A stretch of DNA of 16,922 nucleotides from an archaeon (GCA_024276395.1 JAJRXH010000099.1:1-16922), one strand, 5' to 3'; counted from the first letter of the stretch, positions 1 to 7,267 are shown. The notes: generated by a model from the sequence alone, not told the origin. Made by a program: numbers and translations.

Positions 1-55
1 AAACACGAGCCCTCGTGGGATTACCCCTGGTCACGGGTGGTTTTTCTTCTTTTTT
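1..55 (+). repeat. Copy 1 of a ~54-nt double-hairpin plus oligo-T element (may extend left of the window)
   Basis: Positions 1-39 match 162-200 at 37/39. Both mismatches (pos 10 c/t, pos 28 t/c) fall in a loop or at a U-G to C-G position. Hairpin 1 is CACGAG(4-9)/CTCGTG(12-17). Hairpin 2 is ACCC(23-26)/GGGT(35-38). A T-rich tract follows at 41-60. Confidence 0.7.
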
Positions 56-161
56 CTCTTCTGTTTTGCCGATCACGTCATCACGTCGGTGATGCGTGGC
101 TTTCAAGCATCAGCATCGCGTCATCCGTGAGATTAGTGTCACTCCTGGTGTTGCGAGGATA

Positions 162-214
162 AAACACGAGTCCTCGTGGGATTACCCCCGGTCACGGGTG
201 CTTTTCTTCTTTTC
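162..214 (+). repeat. Copy 2 of the double-hairpin plus oligo-T element; terminator-like on both strands
   Basis: 'aaacacgagtcctcgtgggattacccccggtcacgggtg' is followed by 'cttttcttctttt'. On the minus strand, hairpin 1 is followed by TTTT (161-164), about 80-130 nt downstream of the hisS stop. The segment is GC-richer than its flanks. Confidence 0.7.
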
Positions 215-292
215 CCAAGTTTTATTTTCTCATTCCTCCACTCATCCTACTTCAAATTGACCTTGATACATACCGCAAGTTTTAACTAATTT

Positions 293-1609
293 TCAACTAA
301 TTTGGAAAGTTTTCCTCAAGCGAGAGATAATTTCATTTAATGTAAGCAATAACTGCTCACCACTAACCATATCTCTCAGGATGTATTTATTTTCCTCAAG
401 TTCTTTCTTCCCAATCAGAATGACCTTCGGGACTTGAAGTTTATTGGCATAATCCAAAGCTTTTCGTGCTTTCCATCTTGATATGTTAAAGACTACAGAG
501 AACCCCTCATTTCGAAGTTGTCGAGTGATATTCATAGCATCATCAATCAAATCTTCGGTGAGGTTAACCACGAACACGTGAGGCTTTGGAGTTACCTCAC
601 TGGGAATTAGCTGACGCTGCTTTAATACCATCATGGCCCGAAGCAATCCACCAGCAGTTCCCGTGGCTGGAATGTCACGTCCACCGTAAAGACCTACCAA
701 GGAATCATAACGCCCTCCGCCGAACAATGCCCCAGCTCGCTCATCCTTCAAGTCATAAGCTTCCCAAACAGGGCCTGTATAATATCCTAGGCCCCTTACG
801 ATGGACAAATCAATGGTCACGAAGTTTTTCATCCCTACCACTTCAAAATAATGGAGCAATTCCCGTAAATCTTTCAGTCCATTCTTTACTTTGTTAACAT
901 CACCGAATCGTTCTTCAATGGCAAGCAAAGCCTCCTCTTTCCCTCTCATCAACGTACCAAGAACCTCTTCACCAGCTTGCCTAGAAAATCCATTCTGTTC
1001 AAAGCCAGATAAGATTTCTTCGCGTGACACCTTCTGTAACTTGTCAATCAATCGTAGCAATTCGATGATATTGTCATCTGTAGCACCCAATCCTTTCAAA
1101 ATACCCTCTGCCACCTGACGATGACCAATTCTTACCTCGAAATCTTCATATCCTAATGAGCGAAAAATGTCAATTCCCACGGCAATTGACTCAAAATCAG
1201 CTAAAACATCCTTTTCACCAAGAATTTCCACGTTCCATTGAAAAAACCATCGCCTTCTTCCATAGGCAGGTTGATCATAACGCCACATGGAAGAGATGGC
1301 ACCTAATCTTATCGGTAATGGCCAGCGAGGATGATTGGCAACCATCCGAGCGATTCCCACGGTAAGGTCAAATCGCAATCCTAGTTCTCTACCAGCCTTG
1401 TCTCTGAAATAGTAGATTTCATCCTTGATGGCAGGGCCAGATTTAGCAGATAATGTCTTAAATTCTTCAACCATCGTAGGTTCAACTAATTGGAAACCAT
1501 AACGACGGAATTCTTTCCTAATTTTAGTCGTCATCCAATCTTGAATGGCCATTTCTTCGGGACCTATATCGTCCATCCCTTTTGGCGGTTTGTATTCTTC
1601 TTTTCCCAT
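293..1609 (-). CDS. hisS: Histidyl-tRNA synthetase (class II aaRS)
   Basis: 438-aa ORF. Motif 2-like 'WRYDQPAYGRRRWFFQWNVEILG' and motif 3 'FGGGRYDSLVGLYGG' are present. A C-terminal anticodon-binding-type domain is present ('VFVVNL...KVILIGKKELEE'), which argues against HisZ. GAGGT (complement of 1618-1622) lies 8 nt upstream of the ATG. The stop is TGA. Confidence 0.93.
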   Translation of the reverse strand: MGKEEYKPPKGMDDIGPEEMAIQDWMTTKIRKEFRRYGFQLVEPTMVEEFKTLSAKSGPAIKDEIYYFRDKAGRELGLRFDLTVGIARMVANHPRWPLPIRLGAISSMWRYDQPAYGRRRWFFQWNVEILGEKDVLADFESIAVGIDIFRSLGYEDFEVRIGHRQVAEGILKGLGATDDNIIELLRLIDKLQKVSREEILSGFEQNGFSRQAGEEVLGTLMRGKEEALLAIEERFGDVNKVKNGLKDLRELLHYFEVVGMKNFVTIDLSIVRGLGYYTGPVWEAYDLKDERAGALFGGGRYDSLVGLYGGRDIPATGTAGGLLRAMMVLKQRQLIPSEVTPKPHVFVVNLTEDLIDDAMNITRQLRNEGFSVVFNISRWKARKALDYANKLQVPKVILIGKKELEENKYILRDMVSGEQLLLTLNEIISRLRKTFQIS

Positions 1610-1643
1610 ATTAATGAACCTCTTCAGTGACTTCTAAGCAAAA

Positions 1644-4600
1644 ATGGTAGAGCAATATTTAAATGAGTTGGCGCCATTGTATGATAGGAGAGATACTATG
1701 TCCAACCTCAGAGCAATTCTTGATGAATTAACCGCTAAAGGCATTGATACTGATCAACTAAAAGAAATCTTGGTAAAAAACCACAAGAAATTACAAAAAA
1801 ATTCAGATATCAATGATCTGCAGGTAATGATTTATCGCTTGATGGCACCCGTCTTTGGGGCTGGAGAAGCACGAACCATTGCTGCAAAAATCGTTCCCAT
1901 CCTACCTGAATTATTAAAAAACGAATTGGTAGATGGAGAAAAAAGGGAAGATATAGGGAGACCAGCCTTTTTCACTCTTACCCACCAAGGTGAAACTCTC
2001 ACGGGGTATCTCCCGCGAAGCTTTCATCAAGGCCTTCTAAAGCTTGCATCACAGCCACCAATTACGTATCTCGAACTAAACGAATACTTTTTCAGTATTT
2101 CTGATTCGTCACTCGATTCTCTCGTACGAGATCAGTCTGCAGAAGAAATTTTTCAATGGACGACAAAACGCCTTCTTTCTTGGCCAAAACTGTATGGTGA
2201 GGATGAACATGACATTTATCTCTTCTATTTCTCGGACTTTGAAGATAAACACGTGATGCATTCCAATGACATCGTTTTTCATGCGAGAGAGACTTGGGAT
2301 CGAATTGGAATTAGGATAATTTGGCCAATTGAAGAGAGAAAACTCCGAGATCTTAACGCTACTAGCATCATCCTGTACATGATGAACCTTGCCTTCAAGC
2401 ATTTGGCTGGCATCTTCGAATGGAAGCGACTATTTTCAAAGATAGAAAAAGATGCAATCATAAATGCAAATATTGATGAATTAAATACTTTTTTTATTCA
2501 CTTACTCCAAGGATATCTCAATTATTTCATCAATCCAAGAATACATGATCATTCATTCAGTATCAAACTCGAATCAGTCCACGATTTCAAGCATGAATTA
2601 GGGTTCACTCCCGAACAATTCATCAAAACAAGTGATCCAAGCCTCCAACAATTTGGGTCTAGACTGATGAACTTAATGTTCCATTGGAAATTATTCCGAT
2701 GGATGGGCTTCAGAGACGAGGGTCATGGCAACACATCGAAAGAATCATTTTTTGACTTGTTCATTCTTTTATGCCGTGATATTTTGGGATTTAACATCAG
2801 TTCACCCCTCCAAATCCCATCATTAGCCGAGATCAAGAAACGATGTGAAGAAATTGCCCCAGAAAAACCATTTGAGAAGGCAATCGTTGAGCCAATAGCT
2901 AAAGAGCTCACCTATCTTGTCAAGATTGTTACCCTAAAAGGGGGAATTAACCAAGACCTCACCATGTCTTTCAGAAATGGATATCTTTCAGCTCGTATCG
3001 GCAAAACCTTACATCAAATCTATACCTACTACCTAGAATGGAAAGGAGAAGAAAAAGGGCAAGAAAGTTTTGTATTGTACATTTATCGAGTGGCAGCGGA
3101 AGGGCTTGTATCAAGCAATAACATGGTAATTAAGAAAAGCCTCCAATATCTGATAGACATGGAAGAAGAAGGATTTGGAAGAAACAAGAATAGAACCATC
3201 AAATCGGACATGGTACAAGACCTATTGAAACTCCATAACGTAATCCTCATAAAAAAACTTGACGATGCTGAAAGCACGCAACAATGGATTAAGAACACGG
3301 TCTTGCAAGTATTCTCTTTCGTCCATGGTGCCCGATTGTTCAAGCTCCTGAGAGAAGGGTTCAAAAGATTTGAAGAAAGACCAATAAGAGTCATTTGGAA
3401 TCCTGATGAACAAGAAGAGATGCACTCTGAACTGCAATCAATGCTTTCCCGTGCTCTTGAAACAAAAGAAACTATTTTAAGCATCCAAAACATCATCAAA
3501 AGAGCAATGCAGGAAGGAATTCGGAAGATACCCCCTGACAATGAAATCTTTGACACCATCATCGAAAACTTACCATTGGAAAAAAACCTAACTTTAAAGG
3601 AAAATGTCCACCAATTTGTCCTTGTTCTCACGAACTTGCTTCATAGCCACATCAACCCGCTCTTAGGAAGAAAAACCGAAGAGAAAGAAGAACGTGTCTC
3701 TTTCACTGATGAATTAGACCAAGCAGTGACAACTGAAATATTTCTACAGAGAATTTTCAGAGAAAATCATGAAAATTTCTCAAAAATAGCCAAAAACAAA
3801 TCAACTTGGCTATATCAGCAAGATGATTCCATCATAAAAGAGTTAGAACCACTACTCATTGGAGGAGTAATTTCATTAGTTCTACACAAGAGACCTTTAA
3901 GCAATGACGAATACAAGATACTTTCTTTTGAAGATATCCTACAATTACTGGAAACTGAACTATTACACCTATCTCACACATCAATAATCCAAGAAAAAGA
4001 CGACTCGGAAAAAATAAAACTTTTCAAGACCTACATCATTGATAGCGTGGAATTATGGAGTAACGTGTTTAGAGTATCAGACCTTCTGAGCGTCTTTCTT
4101 CAATCTCAAGACTTCCTGGATGCGTTCTCAATCACGGTTAACAACACTAACAAGGAAAACCTCCTCCAAAAACCAGAAATCAGAAGCTTTCTAGCGCAAC
4201 ATTACATTCGAGGTTGGATTTCAGCATGGTTCAACCATGGGATTGATTTTGCCGAAAATGCAGTTAACACGCCAGATCCACCAGAGGAACTTCTTTGGGA
4301 AATTGTTGATGCGACGCGGCGAGTGCATTTCCCACAATTTCTTCGATGGTTTTTAATTGGAAACACGAACCTTTCCTTGGAACGAATCAACCATCTAATG
4401 GAAAAATATCTTCTTCTCACGGAAACCATCGTACAAGGAGAGTTTTTAAGTCTTTATCCAGAAATCTGTCTAGCATTCTTGGTACTGCACGGTTCTGGTA
4501 CCAGAAACCTGACACATCTTTCATCATTATTACAAATCCCTAATACGGAATGTGACATTCATTTCCTTAAAAGCGGTGAAATACACTCCGTGATGAATCT

Positions 4601-5627
4601 TTTGACAGACTCAGATGCTCCGTTTCCAAAAGATATTCTCAAGAATGTCGCTGCCCTAAGTATACTACATGGACTAGAACTGGAAGCCATTACCTTTCGC
4701 TTGCCATCATCATCCATCTACCTCACGATGAGTTACTTCCCACGAGTAAGCGCATTTACAGATGTTGCTGGGACAACCAGCATCATTCTAACTATGCAGC
4801 GTCCTTTATCCGAACAGATAGCCGATCTCGCTCCGAAAAATGCCGAAGTCATCAGCGGTCTTTATTCGCTATTTACTGACAATCCCATTGATAATCCCAT
4901 TGGTAAACTTGTACTTCTCCAACGGCTGCGATTCACCACGATAGCTGCACTCAAAAACCTTGATTTCATCAAAAAAATGAAAATGCCCAGCGATCTCGAC
5001 ATTCAACTTTCCATTTCTAAAGATGAAACCACGCTATCCCGTGACTATGATGTAATTGGTTTATTTCATCTAAAACTCGGAAAAATCGATCAATCTACCA
5101 GTGAAAGCAAAATTTACGTGAGAAAGATCCAGTTTTACGGAAAAAAATTGAATCAATTCTTGTACATTAATCAATTTTTCCTCGCCTTTCTGCCCTTATC
5201 CACAACAGTGTCTCATTCTCTAGAAACCTCTAAGAGTCTCGGAACGAAAACGTATCTCGCCCGAGGACGTTCATTGTTCCTCACTCCCGTAGCGTCAATA
5301 TTCAGATTCAAGGACGAGAACGACGATAAAAGAAAAATCATCATCCTATACGATTCTCCAACTGAAGATACCATGGATCTTTGCATTCTATGGGAAAGCA
5401 AAATGGTCAAAGAGCCATATAGCGTGAACAAAGCTAGATTCATTCTAGAATCAAATCGAGTGAAGGAAACAGGAGCTTGGAATCTAGAAAATCTTGCATC
5501 AAAAATCTTTTCCTTGCCAGTACGAACACCATACTTCGACGTGACAAAAAAGGACACAACCACGGGGAAAGAAATGCCAGAAACTGACTTGGAAAAGATT
5601 GAAAGCATTTCTCTCGGAGGATTTTGA
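1644..5627 (+). CDS. Large (1327 aa) hypothetical protein with no recognisable domain; predicted soluble and largely helical, with a more beta/Ser-Thr-rich C-terminal ~300 aa
   Basis: This is the longest uninterrupted ORF in the window, and every antisense ORF within it is short. I saw no P-loop, no TM segments and no catalytic signature. An alternative start is ATG 1698 (aa 19), preceded by AGGAG (1686-1690) at 7-nt spacing. The stop TGA (5625-5627) abuts the next gene. Confidence 0.85.
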   Translation: MVEQYLNELAPLYDRRDTMSNLRAILDELTAKGIDTDQLKEILVKNHKKLQKNSDINDLQVMIYRLMAPVFGAGEARTIAAKIVPILPELLKNELVDGEKREDIGRPAFFTLTHQGETLTGYLPRSFHQGLLKLASQPPITYLELNEYFFSISDSSLDSLVRDQSAEEIFQWTTKRLLSWPKLYGEDEHDIYLFYFSDFEDKHVMHSNDIVFHARETWDRIGIRIIWPIEERKLRDLNATSIILYMMNLAFKHLAGIFEWKRLFSKIEKDAIINANIDELNTFFIHLLQGYLNYFINPRIHDHSFSIKLESVHDFKHELGFTPEQFIKTSDPSLQQFGSRLMNLMFHWKLFRWMGFRDEGHGNTSKESFFDLFILLCRDILGFNISSPLQIPSLAEIKKRCEEIAPEKPFEKAIVEPIAKELTYLVKIVTLKGGINQDLTMSFRNGYLSARIGKTLHQIYTYYLEWKGEEKGQESFVLYIYRVAAEGLVSSNNMVIKKSLQYLIDMEEEGFGRNKNRTIKSDMVQDLLKLHNVILIKKLDDAESTQQWIKNTVLQVFSFVHGARLFKLLREGFKRFEERPIRVIWNPDEQEEMHSELQSMLSRALETKETILSIQNIIKRAMQEGIRKIPPDNEIFDTIIENLPLEKNLTLKENVHQFVLVLTNLLHSHINPLLGRKTEEKEERVSFTDELDQAVTTEIFLQRIFRENHENFSKIAKNKSTWLYQQDDSIIKELEPLLIGGVISLVLHKRPLSNDEYKILSFEDILQLLETELLHLSHTSIIQEKDDSEKIKLFKTYIIDSVELWSNVFRVSDLLSVFLQSQDFLDAFSITVNNTNKENLLQKPEIRSFLAQHYIRGWISAWFNHGIDFAENAVNTPDPPEELLWEIVDATRRVHFPQFLRWFLIGNTNLSLERINHLMEKYLLLTETIVQGEFLSLYPEICLAFLVLHGSGTRNLTHLSSLLQIPNTECDIHFLKSGEIHSVMNLLTDSDAPFPKDILKNVAALSILHGLELEAITFRLPSSSIYLTMSYFPRVSAFTDVAGTTSIILTMQRPLSEQIADLAPKNAEVISGLYSLFTDNPIDNPIGKLVLLQRLRFTTIAALKNLDFIKKMKMPSDLDIQLSISKDETTLSRDYDVIGLFHLKLGKIDQSTSESKIYVRKIQFYGKKLNQFLYINQFFLAFLPLSTTVSHSLETSKSLGTKTYLARGRSLFLTPVASIFRFKDENDDKRKIIILYDSPTEDTMDLCILWESKMVKEPYSVNKARFILESNRVKETGAWNLENLASKIFSLPVRTPYFDVTKKDTTTGKEMPETDLEKIESISLGGF
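1654..1664. promoter_or_regulatory. AT-rich near-palindromic TATA-like element between divergent hisS and the 1327-aa gene (possible bidirectional promoter core)
   Basis: 'aatatttaaat' reads as TATA-like on both strands. It lies ~50 nt upstream of the hisS ATG (1609) and ~39 nt upstream of the in-frame ATG at 1698. A second TATA-like 'atattaat' (1608-1615) could instead serve the ATG at 1644, so the assignment is ambiguous. Confidence 0.35.
5616..5620 (+). promoter_or_regulatory. Shine-Dalgarno (GGAGG) for the GTPase gene, embedded in the last codons of the upstream ORF
   Basis: The sequence reads 'ctcGGAGGattttgaGTG', so GGAGG ends 7 nt before GTG 5628. The same motif class precedes other starts in the window. 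Confidence 0.6.
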
Positions 5628-6953
5628 GTGAAAATAGATCTCATTCTCATTGGAGATGGCATGTCTGGGAAAACAACTCTCATCAAAAAACATACCGAGT
5701 TTGTTTTTCAGAAGTTCGCCTTAAAATTCGAGCAATATCTCATTGAGCGTGGCCTGCCGTCATTTTCACAATGGAAAAATGAATTCCAAGACATTAATCG
5801 CGCTCTAAAACTAATAGAAAGAGATCTTAGTGCAAGTTTCATGGCAAATGACCCAGAATATCCACAAAAAAAATACTTTGAATGGGCAACACGAAATGCA
5901 AACGTGATAAAGTTCGAGGACTGGCTCAATCATTTAGGAGTTGATCTTGGTAACCACTTATCCACAGATACGTCAGTTGCCACACTCGGAATGGATACCA
6001 TCCAGATGAAATATCCCATCAAGGATGACCTCATCCACATCAGCGGATATGATCTAGGGGGACAAAACATCTATGATCAAATTAGAGACGTGATTACTGG
6101 TTTGGCTAAGCCAAAATCTTTCCTTGTTGTAGTATTCGACTCATCTCGTTTCCTTTCTTGTGAAAATAGCATAAGACAATTGCTTAGTAGCTTGAAAAAG
6201 TTTGAAATGAAAGAATATACCCCAACAATCCTTGCTGTCCTCAACAAAATTGACTTGCAGGATTATATGAGCAAGGAAAAATGGCAAGAATTTACCGCCA
6301 AGCACATTGCAACCACGTTACAAGAACTAAGGAAAAAAGATATCAAATACCAAGTTCCTAATCTATTATTTAAGGAAGAAATACGAGAGATCATCCTACC
6401 AAGATCAGATTTAGTTGGTTTTGAACACCTAGAGGCGTTAATATACCACAGTCTCAAGAAAAATGAGGCCACCTTTGGAAAAAATCCATTTACTGAAATA
6501 AATACAAAAGCCATTGCCAGGGAAATAGCTGCCCAACTCTTACTCTACCAAAACCCCAATCCAAGCTATTATGAAGGACTAAGAAAATTACTGTTTGAAC
6601 AAAGGCCATTAGCCGTCCAATACATCGAAGGTATTTCCCTCACTACTTTAGAGCCAGGAAGGCACGAAAAAGAAGCATTAAGAAGGTTAAGAAAGAAGTT
6701 TGAAGGCTTCGAACTTGACCTCACTTCCATTAATGCAAACGTGGTCAAAGCCGTCATTCTTAATTCCATCAACACGAAAGACCTCGAGATGACACTAAAG
6801 GAACAAGGTTATCCCTTATTCAAGACTAGTGCCCTTGAAGGGACAGGAATTCCAGAATTATTCGATTATATCACGAAATTATCGAGAGAAAAACAAAAAG
6901 ATTTGAATTCAGAAAAAAGAAGAATTCCAAGGAGACTGGGAAAAATTACGTGA
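5628..6953 (+). CDS. Atypical small-GTPase-superfamily protein (441 aa) with two large insertions; G3 is Arf/Galpha/Rag-like (DxGGQ)
   Basis: G1 is 'GDGMSGKT' (aa 9-16). The switch I candidate is 'ATLGMDT' (aa 118-124). G3 is 'DLGGQ' (aa 142-146, nt 6051-6065). G4 is 'NKID' (aa 206-209, nt 6243-6254). G5 is 'TSALEG' (aa 400-405). There are ~95 aa between the G1 helix and switch I, and ~185 aa between G4 and G5. A GTG start is required because any later ATG would delete the P-loop. Confidence 0.85.
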   Translation: MKIDLILIGDGMSGKTTLIKKHTEFVFQKFALKFEQYLIERGLPSFSQWKNEFQDINRALKLIERDLSASFMANDPEYPQKKYFEWATRNANVIKFEDWLNHLGVDLGNHLSTDTSVATLGMDTIQMKYPIKDDLIHISGYDLGGQNIYDQIRDVITGLAKPKSFLVVVFDSSRFLSCENSIRQLLSSLKKFEMKEYTPTILAVLNKIDLQDYMSKEKWQEFTAKHIATTLQELRKKDIKYQVPNLLFKEEIREIILPRSDLVGFEHLEALIYHSLKKNEATFGKNPFTEINTKAIAREIAAQLLLYQNPNPSYYEGLRKLLFEQRPLAVQYIEGISLTTLEPGRHEKEALRRLRKKFEGFELDLTSINANVVKAVILNSINTKDLEMTLKEQGYPLFKTSALEGTGIPELFDYITKLSREKQKDLNSEKRRIPRRLGKIT

Positions 6954-6980
6954 TATACACTGAACAGATCGTTCTTTACC

Positions 6981-6991
6981 TTTTATTTTTT
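6981..6991 (+). terminator. Oligo-T tract downstream of the GTPase gene (archaeal-type terminator candidate)
   Basis: 'ttttatttttt' lies 28 nt after the TGA at 6953. It overlaps the 3' end of the convergent 94-aa gene. Confidence 0.4.
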
Positions 6992-7267
6992 CAAACGAGA
7001 AGTAATGCCTTTTACCTTGTCCTTAAGAGCGGCACCAGCTTGAGAGATCTTCATTTTCGCCTGGATCGTTTCTGATCCAAGGAGCTTCGTAATGCCCGCG
7101 CAAATCTCACAAACACACTGATTTCTGAAAGTTTCTTGCACTTCCATATCCTTAAATACACCAGAGAAGGCTTCACGCAAGTCTTGATCAGTAAGAAATA
7201 TCGCTTCTTCGCTTACTTTTCTTCGGCAGATCCAACATTCAGCCTTACCAGAACCAAATAATGGCAA
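6983..7267 (-). CDS. Small hypothetical protein (94 aa) with two CxxC pairs (possible zinc-binding)
   Basis: It carries 'CWIC' (aa 11-14) and 'CVCEIC' (aa 51-56) and has a Lys-rich C-terminus. The start is a non-ATG TTG (complement of 7265-7267), preceded by a strong GGAGGTG (complement of 7277-7283) at 9-nt spacing. Confidence 0.55.
   Translation of the reverse strand: MPLFGSGKAECWICRRKVSEEAIFLTDQDLREAFSGVFKDMEVQETFRNQCVCEICAGITKLLGSETIQAKMKISQAGAALKDKVKGITSRLKK

Noticed and set aside
72-87. TCACGT(C/G) motif recurring in intergenic regions (72-87 tandem; 7286-7295 'acgtcacgtg'; 10838-10845 'atcacgtg') as a possible shared operator
   Set aside because: The motif is too short, and similar CACGT strings also occur inside genes (for example near 578, 8150 and 12620). 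I cannot calculate enrichment without tools, so I note it only as a lead for genome-wide motif counting.
56-161. C/D-box sRNA in the GC-richer segment (GTGATGC on plus at 89-95; GTGATGA on minus, complement of 75-81)
   Set aside because: No properly spaced C, D', C' and D box set exists. The only CTGA on the minus strand lies 6 nt from a degenerate C-like box, which is too short for a guide, and there is no terminal stem. No tRNA-like T-arm or anticodon-arm pattern was found either.
1-214. Whether the two near-identical ~39-nt repeats are a CRISPR array
   Set aside because: Only two copies are visible. They are separated by ~122 nt, far longer than a spacer. Each carries its own oligo-T tail, and no cas genes are nearby, so a terminator or small-RNA module fits better.
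586-1365. Three plus-strand ORFs (586-897, 891-1118, 1156-1365)
   Set aside because: They lie entirely antisense within hisS and have low-complexity, Ser/Pro-rich translations. They are shadow ORFs.
4878-4901. 12-nt tandem repeat 'gacaatcccatt/gataatcccatt' encoding DNPI-DNPI in the large protein
   Set aside because: It is a small in-frame slippage-type duplication. It could mark a variable loop, but on its own it is not evidence of a functional repeat array.
5625-5627. TGA at the ORF junction as selenocysteine, or as reassigned genetic-code usage
   Set aside because: TGA terminates hisS, the GTPase and the MFS gene at positions consistent with full-length homolog ends. I saw no SECIS-like hairpin just downstream. 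The GGAGG plus GTG signal explains independent initiation.
2109-5693. Minus-strand ORFs (2109-2402, 2279-2461, 2723-2911, 3083-3631, 3222-3437, 4202-4429, 5213-5686, 5499-5693) and plus out-of-frame ORF 4346-4543
   Set aside because: All are nested in the uninterrupted 1327-aa ORF, have no SD or TATA context, and give compositionally odd Ser/Phe/Met-rich translations typical of antisense reading of AT-rich genes.
5708-6775. Minus-strand ORFs 5708-5929, 6263-6514 and 6569-6775
   Set aside because: They are antisense to the GTPase gene, whose frame is validated by ordered G1-G5 motifs.
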